DNA from: Anaerolineae bacterium
GTDB taxonomy: Bacteria > Chloroflexota > Anaerolineae > B4-G1 > SLSP01
Reading direction: 5' to 3'
DNA: 64,000 nucleotides
NCBI GenBank assembly: GCA_034432595.1
Contig: DAOUBT010000033.1
Location: 2,353-66,352, forward strand
Made by a program: the position numbers and the translations under genes. This document shows positions 40,857-50,635 of this stretch, piece after piece (the stretch's first letter is position 1; each line of letters starts with the position of its first letter). The notes beneath the pieces are model-generated. The model did no database searches. It was not told the DNA's origin and was given only the letters and a program-made list of their open reading frames with translations.

Positions 40857-41621
40857 ATGCGTCTGAAGGATAAGGTTGCGCTCATTACCGGCGGTGCCGC
40901 GGGTATTGGTAAGGCCACGGCTCTGGTGTTCGCGCGCGAGGGCGCGAAGGTGGTCATTTGCGATGTGAACGAGGAAGCCGGGCGGGAGCTGGTCGCTCAG
41001 CTTGGTCCGGATGCCGCCTTCTACAAGGTCAACGTCACGGACCGGCAGGAGGTGCAGGCCTGGGTGGATGATGTGATTGCGCGTTACGGGCGCGTGGATG
41101 TGCTGGTCAATAATGCCGGCATCACGCGCGATGGCCTGTTCGTCAAGATGAAGGATGGTGAGCTGGTCAAGCAGATGGAGGAAGCGGCCTTCGATAGCGT
41201 GGTGGCGGTTAACTTGAAGGGGGTCTTCAATTGCGCGCAGGCGGTGACGCCTTACATGATTCGGCAGGGCGGCGGGGTCATCATCAACGTGTCCTCGGTG
41301 GTGGCGCTGTACGGGAACTTCGGTCAGACCAACTATGTGGCCACCAAGGCGGGCGTGATTGGGATGACGAAGGTGTGGGCGCGCGAGCTGGGCCGCTACG
41401 GGATTCGCGTCAACGCCGTGGCGCCGGGCTTCATCGCTACCGAGATGGTGCAGAAGATGCCCGAAAAGGTGCTGGAGGATATGAAGGCGCACACGCCGCT
41501 GGGTCGTCTGGGGCAGCCGGAGGACATCGCCAACGCTTTCCTCTGGCTGGCCAGTGATGAGGCTTCTTTCGTCCATGGGGCCACCATCAGCGTGGATGGT
41601 GGGATTGTCATCGGTTCGTAG
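40857..41621 (+). CDS. fabG: 3-oxoacyl-ACP/acetoacetyl-CoA reductase (classical SDR)
   Basis: Motifs TGGAAGIG, NNAGITRD, NFGQTNYVATKAG and VAPGFI. Confidence 0.85.
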   Translation: MRLKDKVALITGGAAGIGKATALVFAREGAKVVICDVNEEAGRELVAQLGPDAAFYKVNVTDRQEVQAWVDDVIARYGRVDVLVNNAGITRDGLFVKMKDGELVKQMEEAAFDSVVAVNLKGVFNCAQAVTPYMIRQGGGVIINVSSVVALYGNFGQTNYVATKAGVIGMTKVWARELGRYGIRVNAVAPGFIATEMVQKMPEKVLEDMKAHTPLGRLGQPEDIANAFLWLASDEASFVHGATISVDGGIVIGS

Positions 41622-41630
41622 GAGGGAAAG

Positions 41631-42635
41631 ATGAGCCGCTACGCTAAGATTATCGCCACCGGGCGTTATGTCCCGGAAATCGAAATGACCAATGCCCATT
41701 TTGCCGAGCTGATGGGCAAGGTCAATCCGAAGCTTGCAGAAGTGGTGGGCAAGTTTGAGGAGAGCAGCAACATCAAAACGCGCTGGTACGCTCCCGATGA
41801 CTGGGTCACGTCTGACCTGGCGGTGCGCGCGGCGCAGGATGCGCTGGAAGAGGCCGGGATGAAGCCGGAAGACCTCGACCTTATCATTCTGGGCACGGAT
41901 AGCCCGGATTACATCACGCCGGCAACCTCGGTGGTGGTGCAGCACAAACTGGGCGCGAAGCGCGCCGGGACGTTTGATGTGGGCTGCGCCTGCGCTTCTT
42001 TCCCCACCGGTCTGAACATTGCCGCGGGCCTGCTGGCTTCTAACCCCCACATGAAGTATGTCATGGTCATCGGCGCGTACATGATGCACAAGCTTTCCGA
42101 TTGGCAGCATGACGTGATGGCCTTCTTCTACGGTGACGGCGCGGGGGCGGCTATCCTCACCGCCGACGAGAAACCCGGTTTCGTCAGCTCGACCTTCTTT
42201 GCGGATGGCTCCTATCACAAGTATTGGGGGATTTATTCCGGCGGCACGTATGAACCGGCAACGGTGGAGAGTGTGCAGGCCGGACGGACGCAGGTGCGCT
42301 TCATCACGCCCTTCCCGCCGGAGGTGAATAACGCCGGCTGGCCGCAGCGCGTGCGCGAGCTGGCGGCGAACGGCGGTTTCGCCCTGGAGGATATTGACCT
42401 GATTATCTTCACGCAGGTGCGGTACAACAGCATTGAAATCGTGATGAACGATCTTGGGCTGCCCATGACGAAGGCGCACTGGATCATGGATAAGTGGGGC
42501 TACACCGGTTCCGCCTGCCTGCCCATGGCTTTTGATGATGCGCGCGAGCAGGGCAAGGTCAAGCCGGGTGATCTGGTGCTCTTCATCGGTTCTGGCGTGG
42601 GCTACAATCAGGCCGGCGCAGCTTTCATCATGTAG
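41631..42635 (+). CDS. KAS III (FabH-like) protein with a non-canonical active site
   Basis: FDVGCACASF (Cys121) and GDGAGA. FTQVR replaces HQAN and GYTGSA replaces GNTSAA. Confidence 0.85.
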   Translation: MSRYAKIIATGRYVPEIEMTNAHFAELMGKVNPKLAEVVGKFEESSNIKTRWYAPDDWVTSDLAVRAAQDALEEAGMKPEDLDLIILGTDSPDYITPATSVVVQHKLGAKRAGTFDVGCACASFPTGLNIAAGLLASNPHMKYVMVIGAYMMHKLSDWQHDVMAFFYGDGAGAAILTADEKPGFVSSTFFADGSYHKYWGIYSGGTYEPATVESVQAGRTQVRFITPFPPEVNNAGWPQRVRELAANGGFALEDIDLIIFTQVRYNSIEIVMNDLGLPMTKAHWIMDKWGYTGSACLPMAFDDAREQGKVKPGDLVLFIGSGVGYNQAGAAFIM

Positions 42636-42737
42636 CATGGGGCAAGGGGATAAGAGTCCGCTCGTCCTGATTCGTCACGGCGGGCGATGGGACGGGCGGC
42701 GCTTGGTCCCGCATGCGAGGCAAGGGGCGGTGAAACG

Positions 42738-44036
42738 ATGAACGTCAAATCCATGTATGCCGAAAAGTTGATTTCCATCCCCGAAGCGGTGGGGATGGTG
42801 CAATCGCATCAACGCATTGCTGCGGCGATGTGCGCCTCGGAGCCGGTGGGGTTGCTTTCCGAGCTGGAGAAGCACGCTGACCGGTTAGAGGATGTGCATG
42901 TCTTCATGTGCCTGCCGATGCGCGAGTACGGCTTCTACACGAAGCCGGAGATGAAGGGGCATTTCTTCCTGGAAAACTGGTTCTACGGCGTGGCCGATCG
43001 CAAAGCGCATTCGCTGGGGATGGTATCCTACATTCCCAACAATTTGCACCGCGCGGGCACGGATCGCATCCACGCGGGCGGGGTGAATATCTTCTGGGGG
43101 ACGGCGACCCCGCCCAACAGCCGCGGCATCATGTCGCTTTCGACCTCGCTGGTGTTCGAGCGGCAATTGCTCGATGCTGCTGACCTCGTCATCCTGGAAA
43201 TCAATCCAAATCTGCCCTGGACCCTGGGGGATACGCAAATCAGCGTGCGGGATGTGGATTACGTGGTGGAGTGCGAGACGCCGCTGGTTGAGTTGCAACC
43301 CATTGCACCGACCGACGTGGAAGCAACCATTGGACAGTACATTGCCGACCTCATCGAGGACGGCAGCACCATTCAGCTTGGCATCGGCGGTATCCCCAAC
43401 GCCATCGCGCAGAGCCTGTACGGCAAGCATGACCTGGGCGTGCATACCGAAATGTTCACCGATGGCATGGTGGATTTGTTCGAGGCGGGCGTCATCACCG
43501 GGCGCAAGAAGACGCTGTGGCCGAACAAAATGGTGGGTGCTTTTGCCCTGGGCACGCGCAAGCTCTACGACTTCATCCATAACAACGTGGCGGTGGAATT
43601 CCAGCAGGGCAAAGTGACGAACAATCCCTACATCATGGGGCAAAACGCAAAGATGGTGAGCATCAACACCGCGCTACAGGTGGATGTGTTGGGGCAGGTG
43701 TGCTCGCAAAGCATCGGCTCGATGCACTTCAGCGGCACGGGAGGGCAACTCGATACGCATCGCGGCGCGCAGATGTCCGCCGGTGGCCGCGGCATCATCG
43801 CCTTGCGCTCAACCGCGCGCAACGGCACGGTCTCCACGATTGTGCCGCAGCTCACGCCCGGCGCCGAGGTCACCGTGCCGAGTCAGGACGTGGATACGGT
43901 TGTCACCGAGTTTGGCGTGGCGGAGCTGCGTGGGCGCTGCCTCAAGGACCGCGTGGCGGCGCTCATCAACATTGCGCATCCCGATTTCAGGCCCTGGCTG
44001 TGGGAAGAAGTAAAGCGGCTGGGGATTATCGCTTAA
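42738..44036 (+). CDS. Acetyl-CoA hydrolase/4-hydroxybutyrate CoA-transferase family
   Basis: Motifs TIQLGIGGIPNA, LGVHTEMF, SGTGGQLD and DTVVTEFGVA. Confidence 0.9.
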   Translation: MNVKSMYAEKLISIPEAVGMVQSHQRIAAAMCASEPVGLLSELEKHADRLEDVHVFMCLPMREYGFYTKPEMKGHFFLENWFYGVADRKAHSLGMVSYIPNNLHRAGTDRIHAGGVNIFWGTATPPNSRGIMSLSTSLVFERQLLDAADLVILEINPNLPWTLGDTQISVRDVDYVVECETPLVELQPIAPTDVEATIGQYIADLIEDGSTIQLGIGGIPNAIAQSLYGKHDLGVHTEMFTDGMVDLFEAGVITGRKKTLWPNKMVGAFALGTRKLYDFIHNNVAVEFQQGKVTNNPYIMGQNAKMVSINTALQVDVLGQVCSQSIGSMHFSGTGGQLDTHRGAQMSAGGRGIIALRSTARNGTVSTIVPQLTPGAEVTVPSQDVDTVVTEFGVAELRGRCLKDRVAALINIAHPDFRPWLWEEVKRLGIIA

Positions 44037-44059
44037 GTCTTTACGTTCAGGAGGTGGAT

Positions 44060-44371
44060 ATGTCCGAGCTTCTGGGAAAATGGGAACAGCCGGAGGGGCA
44101 ACCCTATCCGGGTTTGTGGTTTGAATTCCGCCCGGATGGGACGTTCCGCGCCGAATTGCCTTCCATGGGGATTACGTCCGGCGGGACCTATCGCGCCGCG
44201 CAGGGCGAGATTGACATCGAGCAGACTGAACACACCTTTGGCATTGTCGGCACGTTCCTGGGGCGCTATCAGGTCGAGGGCGATACGCTCGTGATGACTC
44301 TGGGGGACCCCGGCGCGCCGCGTCCGGAGTTGGAGCATCGCAACAAGCGCCTTTACAAAAAAGTGAGGTAG
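44060..44371 (+). CDS. Small hypothetical beta-barrel-like protein (103 aa)
   Basis: Strong RBS GGAGGTG; LLGKW..FEFRPDGTF..GTY..G.Y.VEGDTL pattern typical of lipocalin-like barrels. Confidence 0.7.
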   Translation: MSELLGKWEQPEGQPYPGLWFEFRPDGTFRAELPSMGITSGGTYRAAQGEIDIEQTEHTFGIVGTFLGRYQVEGDTLVMTLGDPGAPRPELEHRNKRLYKKVR

Positions 44372-44374
44372 GGC

Positions 44375-45544
44375 GTGTTGAGGCTGTTCCGGCGTGCTCA
44401 ACCGACCCCCAAATCGCTTGCGCCGTTGCGCATCGGCGTGGTGGCGGCGCGCAGCGGGATGTGGGCCGTCTATGGGGAAGCGGCTGTGCGCGGCCTTGAG
44501 CTGGGTCTGGATTATGCCACCGCCGGCACGTACAGCGTGGCCGGGCGCGCCTTGCGCCTCCTCATCGAGGATGATGGTGGCAAAGAGCAGAAAGCGCAGG
44601 AGCTGGCAACGCGCCTGTTGAAGGATGAGGGCTGCGAGCTGCTGGTGGGATGCACCATCAGTCAGACGAGTTTGCAGTTGGTGCGCGTGGCGCAGTCCCT
44701 GGAGCGCCTGGTGCTCATCAGTGTGGCGGCGACGGACGTGCTCACGGCGGAGTGGTTCACGCCCTACATGTTCCGCACCGCCGCCACAACCGCTCAGGAT
44801 GCAGCCGCGGGCGGGCGTTATGCGGCGCAGCACCTGGGTCGGCGGGTGGCCTTCATTTCGCCCGATTCGCTGTGGGGGCAGCAGAGCCGCGCGGCGTGGT
44901 GGAAAGTGCTCGCGCAACAGGGCGCCGACATTGTCGGAGATGTGCTTGTCCCCCCACAAACCACGGATTTCCGTCCCTTTTTGCACGACATCCTGTCCCA
45001 ACGCCCGGATGTGCTCATCGCCTTTTGGGCGGGCAGCCTGACGCGCTATCTGCTGACGCAGATGCGCGAGGTGGGCCTCTTTGAAGCGATGCACGTCGCC
45101 GGAAATCTGGTGGATCGAGAGACGCTGCACGCGGTCGGCCTGGCTCCGGCAGGGATGGTGTGCGCGGCGAAATACCGCTACTCGTTCCCGCAGAACCCCA
45201 TCAATAGCTGGTTGGTGCTGCGTCATCAGGAACGGTACGGCGAACCGCCCGACCTGTTCAGCGAAAGTGGTTTCACGGCGGGTGTGGCACTGGTCGAGGC
45301 GCTCAAGCGCAGCAATGGCGACGCGCGCGCCGACGTGCTGATTCCGGTGCTCGAAGGGCTGACCTTCGAGGGTCCCAAAGGTCAGTACACCTTGCGCGCA
45401 CAGGATCATCAGGCGCTGCAGCCCATGTACGTGGCGGAGTTGCGGCCTGCACTGGAGGGCACTGTGTGCGAACCCTACCTGCTGACCGAAATCAGCGCGG
45501 AACAGGCCGCTCCGCCGGTGGCGGTGGAATCTCGTCATTCATAG
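44375..45544 (+). CDS. Liv/AmiC-class substrate-binding-fold protein lacking a signal peptide
   Basis: Similar to 49255..50622 (PPDLF, LEGLxFEGPKG, DH..QP). No hydrophobic leader, and an in-frame stop lies just upstream. Confidence 0.8.
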   Translation: MLRLFRRAQPTPKSLAPLRIGVVAARSGMWAVYGEAAVRGLELGLDYATAGTYSVAGRALRLLIEDDGGKEQKAQELATRLLKDEGCELLVGCTISQTSLQLVRVAQSLERLVLISVAATDVLTAEWFTPYMFRTAATTAQDAAAGGRYAAQHLGRRVAFISPDSLWGQQSRAAWWKVLAQQGADIVGDVLVPPQTTDFRPFLHDILSQRPDVLIAFWAGSLTRYLLTQMREVGLFEAMHVAGNLVDRETLHAVGLAPAGMVCAAKYRYSFPQNPINSWLVLRHQERYGEPPDLFSESGFTAGVALVEALKRSNGDARADVLIPVLEGLTFEGPKGQYTLRAQDHQALQPMYVAELRPALEGTVCEPYLLTEISAEQAAPPVAVESRHS

Positions 45545-45558
45545 AAAGGAGTTAACTC

Positions 45559-46605
45559 ATGGAAAAGCCTCAACCTTTACCCGGTGTGACCACGGCGCTG
45601 GTGAGTACGCCGCGCCTGACGCAGCACGTTTACTTCACCGGCCCGGATGATGGCATTCCCGTGATTTTCCTGCACGGCAATTTTTCCGCGGCGCTCTATT
45701 GGGAAGAGACAATGCTGGCGCTGCCCGCAGGCTTTCGCGGTATCGCTCCCGATTTGCGCGGCTACGGTTGGACGGAGGATAAACTGATTGACGCCACGCG
45801 CGGGCTGCGCGACTGGAGCGATGATGTGCTGGCTCTGATGGACGTGCTGGGCCTGGAACGCGCGCACGTGGTGGGGTGGTCCATGGGGGGCGGCATCGTC
45901 TATCAGCTCCTCACGGATGCGCCGCAGCGGTTTTTGAGCGCTGTGCTCATTGCGCCGGTTTCGCCTTACGGCTTCGGCGGGACTAAGGACGTGGCCGGGA
46001 CGCCCTGTTACGAGGATTTCGCCGGGTCCGGGGGCGGGGTGGTCAATCCGGTTTTCGTGCAGCGCATTCAGATGCAGGATCGCGGCACGGATGACCCCAA
46101 CTCGCCGCGGAACGTCATCAACGCCTTCTACTACAAGCCGCCTTTCCGCGCCGCCCGCGAGGAGGATTTCCTCACCGCCTCTTTAGCGGAAAAGACTGGC
46201 CCTCAGCAATATCCGGGCGACTCCGTGCCCTCGCCGAACTGGCCCCATGTGGCGCCGGGGGTGTGGGGACCGGTCAATGCCTGGTCGCCCAGGTACGTGG
46301 CGGCGGACGTGGCGCGCTTCATCGCTGCCGAACCCAAGGTGCCCATCCTGTGGATTCGCGGCGATAGTGACATGATTGTGAGCGATATGTCCATGTTCGA
46401 TTTTGGCGCTTTGGGCAAACTGGGGTTTGTGCCCGGCTGGCCTGGGGATGAGGTCTATCCGCCGCAGCCGATGATCGCGCAGACGCGCGCCGTGCTGGAG
46501 CAATATGGGCCTTTTGAGGAGCGCGTCCTGGCCGACTGCGCCCACAGTCCGCACATCGAGAAGCCCGAAGCGTTCAACGCGCTTTTCCATGCTTTTTTGA
46601 AGTAG
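45559..46605 (+). CDS. Alpha/beta hydrolase, PhaZ-like (GWSMG lipase box)
   Basis: Motifs FLHGN, DLRGYG, VGWSMGG and CAHSPH. Confidence 0.8.
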   Translation: MEKPQPLPGVTTALVSTPRLTQHVYFTGPDDGIPVIFLHGNFSAALYWEETMLALPAGFRGIAPDLRGYGWTEDKLIDATRGLRDWSDDVLALMDVLGLERAHVVGWSMGGGIVYQLLTDAPQRFLSAVLIAPVSPYGFGGTKDVAGTPCYEDFAGSGGGVVNPVFVQRIQMQDRGTDDPNSPRNVINAFYYKPPFRAAREEDFLTASLAEKTGPQQYPGDSVPSPNWPHVAPGVWGPVNAWSPRYVAADVARFIAAEPKVPILWIRGDSDMIVSDMSMFDFGALGKLGFVPGWPGDEVYPPQPMIAQTRAVLEQYGPFEERVLADCAHSPHIEKPEAFNALFHAFLK

Positions 46606-46611
46606 GCCGCC

Positions 46612-47409
46612 ATGCCGCAGATTGAAGTCAATGGGACTCGTTTGTACTACGAATGGCACGGCCCGGAGGGCGCGCCTGTGGTGGTGCTCATCAACGGGGT
46701 GCTGATGAGCACGGGAAGTTGGGCTTTCCAGACACCGGTGCTGGCGCAGCGCTACCGCGTCCTGCTTTACGATTGCCGGGGACAGGGGCAATCCGCGCAT
46801 CCGAACGGGCCGTACTCCATGGCCCAGCATGGCGAGGACCTGGCCGCCCTGTTGGAGGCGCTGGGTGTCCCCGCCGCACATCTGGCGGGCATTTCCTATG
46901 GCGGCGAAATTGCGCAGTGGATGGGAATCCACATCCCTGAAAAAGTGCGTTCTTTGTTCCTTTCCTCGACGGTCAGTGAAGTGCGCCCGCTGCTACGGGC
47001 CAGGGTTGAAGCCTGGATGGCGGCAGCGCAACGCCGCGACGGGGAGTTGCTCTTCCGCGCGTCGGTGGCGGATAACTTCAGCGAGCCGTGGTTGCGCGCG
47101 CATCCCGATTGGGCCGCGTTGTCCATTCCGCGCTATCAGCAGTTGGATTTCGACGCGGTTATGGCGCTGTGTGAGGCGTTTTTGGCGATAGACTGGACGG
47201 CGGAGCTGCGCGCCATCAAAGCGCCGACGCTGGTGGTGGTCGGCGAGCTGGACACGCTCAAGCCACTTACGCCTTACGCGCGCCTGCTGGTGGAGCACAT
47301 TCCGGGCGCGGAGCTGATGGTGCTGGGCGGAGCCGGTCATGCCTGCTGCATCGAGACGCCGCGCGCCTGGAATGCCGCCCTGCTGGGCTGGCTGGCTTTG
47401 CAAGCTTGA
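46612..47409 (+). CDS. Alpha/beta hydrolase (enol-lactonase-like)
   Basis: Motifs YDCRGQG, GISYGG and GAGHA. Confidence 0.85.
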   Translation: MPQIEVNGTRLYYEWHGPEGAPVVVLINGVLMSTGSWAFQTPVLAQRYRVLLYDCRGQGQSAHPNGPYSMAQHGEDLAALLEALGVPAAHLAGISYGGEIAQWMGIHIPEKVRSLFLSSTVSEVRPLLRARVEAWMAAAQRRDGELLFRASVADNFSEPWLRAHPDWAALSIPRYQQLDFDAVMALCEAFLAIDWTAELRAIKAPTLVVVGELDTLKPLTPYARLLVEHIPGAELMVLGGAGHACCIETPRAWNAALLGWLALQA

Positions 47410-47490
47410 GAAAACGGCCACGCGCAGGCCGTTGTGGCTAAACAAGCGGCAAGTAGGTACAACTAAACTTTTTACTTGAAGGAGGACACG

Positions 47491-48747
47491 ATGCGTCACA
47501 AACGACCCGGTGTGGCGATTGTCGGTGCGGGGATGACGAAGTTCGGCGCTTTCCCCGGTCTGGCATCGCGCGACCTGTTTGTTGAGGCCTATCAAGAGAT
47601 GCTGGCCTCGGTGGATAAGGGCTTCGATCCACAGGAGATTGAAGCGATTTACGTGGGGAACTTCAGCAACGAGTTGCTGGAGGGACAGGGGCACCTGGCG
47701 CCGCTCATGGCGGACTGGGTGGGCCTGACCCCGCGCCCGGCGACGCGCGTCGAGGATGCGTGCGCGAGTGGCAGCGCTGCCCTGCGGCAGGGCATCCTGG
47801 CTATCGCCTCCGGCCTCTACGATGTGGTGCTGGTGGGAGGTGTGGAGAAGATGACCGACCTGCCCACCGCGCGCGTGACGGATACGTTAGCCACAGCGGC
47901 GGACGTGACCTATGAGGTGAGCGCCGGTTTTACTTTCCCCGGCCTGTACGCCGCGTTGGCTACCGCGTACATGCACGCTTACGGCGCGACGCCGGACGTG
48001 TTCTTGCAGGTGGGCATCAAGAATCACAACAACGGTGCCCTCAATCCCAAGGCGCAATTCGGACAGCGCATCACCGACATTATGGAAGCGCGCAAAGCGG
48101 CGGCCATCAAGAAGGGTAAGCCCGCGCCAACCTGGGCGAGCGAGTGGGACTTCCTCACCGACGACCGTGCCAATCCCATGATTGCCTGGCCTTTGCGCCT
48201 GTACGACTGCTCGCCCATCTCCGACGGTGCGGCCACGGTGCTGTTGGTGCGTGAGGACCTGGCCTCGCGCTTCACCGACAAGCCGATTCACATCATCGGC
48301 AGTGGGCAGGCAAGCGATACGGCCACGCATGACCGTCCGACGCTCACCGGTCTGCCTGCTGCGCGCAAGGCGGCGGAGCTGGCTTATGCTATGGCCGGTG
48401 TTACCCCTGCTGACATTCAGTTGGCCGAAGTGCACGATTGCTTTACTATCGCTGAGATCATCGCTTCAGAGGATTTGGGCTTCTTTGCGCCGGGTGAGGG
48501 CTGGCGCGCAGCGCAGGAAGGGCGCACAGCACGCAATGGCGATCATCCCATCAACACCTCCGGCGGCCTCAAATCCAAGGGCCATCCCGTTGGCGCGACG
48601 GGCATCGGACAGGTCATCGAAATCTGGAAGCAGTTGCGCGGTGAAGCGGGCGAGCGACAATTGCCGGGCGAACCGCACCTGGGCCTGACGCACAACGTCG
48701 GGGGCACGGGACAGACCTGCATTGTGCACATTTTCGAGCGGAGGTAA
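47491..48747 (+). CDS. Thiolase, SCP2/archaeal type
   Basis: Motifs VEDACASG, AEVHDCF, GHPVGATG and HNVGG. Confidence 0.9.
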   Translation: MRHKRPGVAIVGAGMTKFGAFPGLASRDLFVEAYQEMLASVDKGFDPQEIEAIYVGNFSNELLEGQGHLAPLMADWVGLTPRPATRVEDACASGSAALRQGILAIASGLYDVVLVGGVEKMTDLPTARVTDTLATAADVTYEVSAGFTFPGLYAALATAYMHAYGATPDVFLQVGIKNHNNGALNPKAQFGQRITDIMEARKAAAIKKGKPAPTWASEWDFLTDDRANPMIAWPLRLYDCSPISDGAATVLLVREDLASRFTDKPIHIIGSGQASDTATHDRPTLTGLPAARKAAELAYAMAGVTPADIQLAEVHDCFTIAEIIASEDLGFFAPGEGWRAAQEGRTARNGDHPINTSGGLKSKGHPVGATGIGQVIEIWKQLRGEAGERQLPGEPHLGLTHNVGGTGQTCIVHIFERR

Positions 48748-48749
48748 GC

Positions 48750-49178
48750 ATGAACACGGCACCTTTTACGGCGACGAGTTTTTACACGTTTTTGCAGGAG
48801 CATAAACTCATGGCCGCGCGCTGCACGCGCTGTGGTGCGCTTTACCTGCCGCCGCGCCCCCTGTGCCCGCATTGTGTGGATGCGCCCATGGAGTGGGTGG
48901 AACTCTCCGGCAAGGGCGAGGTGGTGGCTTACAGCGTCATCGCCATTGGGTTAACCATGATGCTGGAAGCGGGCTATAGCCGCGAGAATCCCTACGTCTC
49001 GGCTATGGTGCGCTTAGCCGAAGGACCGGTCATCAGCGCGCAGCTTGTTGGGGTGGACGTGCAGCACCCCGAAAGCATCAAGATCGGAATGCCGGTGCGC
49101 ATGACATTTGTCGAGCGCGGTCCGCAGGAGGCGCGCAAGGTGTATCTGGCGTTTGAGCCTTGGGAAGGAGGTGAGTAG
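48750..49178 (+). CDS. DUF35 Zn-ribbon/OB-fold protein
   Basis: CTRC..PRPLCPHC, then LSGKGEVVAYS and IGMPV. Confidence 0.92.
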   Translation: MNTAPFTATSFYTFLQEHKLMAARCTRCGALYLPPRPLCPHCVDAPMEWVELSGKGEVVAYSVIAIGLTMMLEAGYSRENPYVSAMVRLAEGPVISAQLVGVDVQHPESIKIGMPVRMTFVERGPQEARKVYLAFEPWEGGE

Positions 49179-49254
49179 TCTCTCTGGCTCAAGGATGAAT
49201 CCCGACGTACCCTTAAGTCCATTGGTTTAACCATTTCAGAACAGGAGGAAACCC

Positions 49255-50622
49255 ATGAAACAGTTGTCACGTTTGTTCCTTTTGGTGATGGTGGCCGCGC
49301 TGGTCTTGAGCGGCTGCGTCCAGAAAGCGACGCCCACCGCAACCCCGACCCCCACAGAGGCTCCGACGGAGAAGCCGACGGAGCCGCCGACCGAGCAGCC
49401 GACGGCGGAACCGACTCAGGAGACGTATGGCCCCGTTCTCAAAATCGGCATGATCTCGATGCAGTCGGGGGTGATGGCCCTCTACGGTCAGCAGCAGTAT
49501 CGCGGCTTCATGTTGGGCCTGGAATACATGTCCGGCGGCAAGACGGACGATCAGGGACGCTACATCATTGCCGGGCGTCCGGTGGAAGTGCTGCTGCGCG
49601 ACGATGAAGGCAATCCCGAAAAGGGCGTGGCCCTGGCGCGGGAGCTGATTGAAAAGGACGGCGTCGAGCTGCTGCAGGGGCCGGTTAGCTCCGCGGTGGC
49701 GGTGGCGCTGACCACGGTGGCGCAGGAAAACAAGATCATCCTCATGATTGACCCGGCGGCTTCGGCGTTCCCGACCGGCCCGAACTTCAATCCTTACGTC
49801 TTCCGCACCAGCCGCACCAACTACGATGATGTGCTGGTCATTGCCAAGTATCTGGTGGAAAACGTGGGCAAGAAGTTCGCGCATATCGGCATTGACAACG
49901 CCTTTGGGCGTGGTAGTGGCGCTGCTCTGGCTTACGCCGTGGGCAAGTACGGTGGTGAGGTGGTCGCCGACATCTACGCGCCTTTCGACACCACCGATTT
50001 CACCCCCTACATTCAGCAGGCGATGGATTCCGGCGCTGACTGCCTGTTCCTGACCTGGGCGGGCACGGGCTACGTCACTCTCTTCCAGCAGCTCGGCGAC
50101 CTGGGCGCGTTGGAGAAGATGCGCGTGGCGACGGGGTACGGCGATAACGCCTCCTTCGCTGCAGTTTACGGCACGGCGCTGGGGCAGATTGGTCTCAACG
50201 TCTATCACTACACCGTCCCCAAGAACCCCATCAACGATTGGCTGACGCAGCGCCACCTGGAGCTGTACAAGGAGCCGCCGGATCTCTTCACCGCGGGCGG
50301 TATGGCTTCGGCGATTGCCCTGGCTACGGCGCTGGAGAAGACGGGTGGCGACACGAACGCCGACAAGATGATTGCCGCGCTCGAAGGCCTCAAGTTTGAG
50401 GGTCCCAAGGGCACTTACTACATCCGCCCGGAGGATCACGTCTGCGAGCAGCCGATGAACATCCTCAAGCTGGTGAACCTCGATCCTGACCTGGATGACG
50501 ACGGCATTCCGGAGTACAAGTTCTTTGAGACCGTGTACGTGAGCGAGTACAACGAGTTGGGCGTGCCCTGCACTCTGACCGGCGAGTACGCTGCACGCTG
50601 CGGCAACCTGCCCAAGCCGTAA
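49255..50622 (+). CDS. Liv-class ABC transporter substrate-binding lipoprotein
   Basis: Lipobox LSGC, Pro/Thr/Glu linker, and Liv SBP fold. Confidence 0.9.
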   Translation: MKQLSRLFLLVMVAALVLSGCVQKATPTATPTPTEAPTEKPTEPPTEQPTAEPTQETYGPVLKIGMISMQSGVMALYGQQQYRGFMLGLEYMSGGKTDDQGRYIIAGRPVEVLLRDDEGNPEKGVALARELIEKDGVELLQGPVSSAVAVALTTVAQENKIILMIDPAASAFPTGPNFNPYVFRTSRTNYDDVLVIAKYLVENVGKKFAHIGIDNAFGRGSGAALAYAVGKYGGEVVADIYAPFDTTDFTPYIQQAMDSGADCLFLTWAGTGYVTLFQQLGDLGALEKMRVATGYGDNASFAAVYGTALGQIGLNVYHYTVPKNPINDWLTQRHLELYKEPPDLFTAGGMASAIALATALEKTGGDTNADKMIAALEGLKFEGPKGTYYIRPEDHVCEQPMNILKLVNLDPDLDDDGIPEYKFFETVYVSEYNELGVPCTLTGEYAARCGNLPKP

Positions 50623-50635
50623 GGGCAAGACACGG

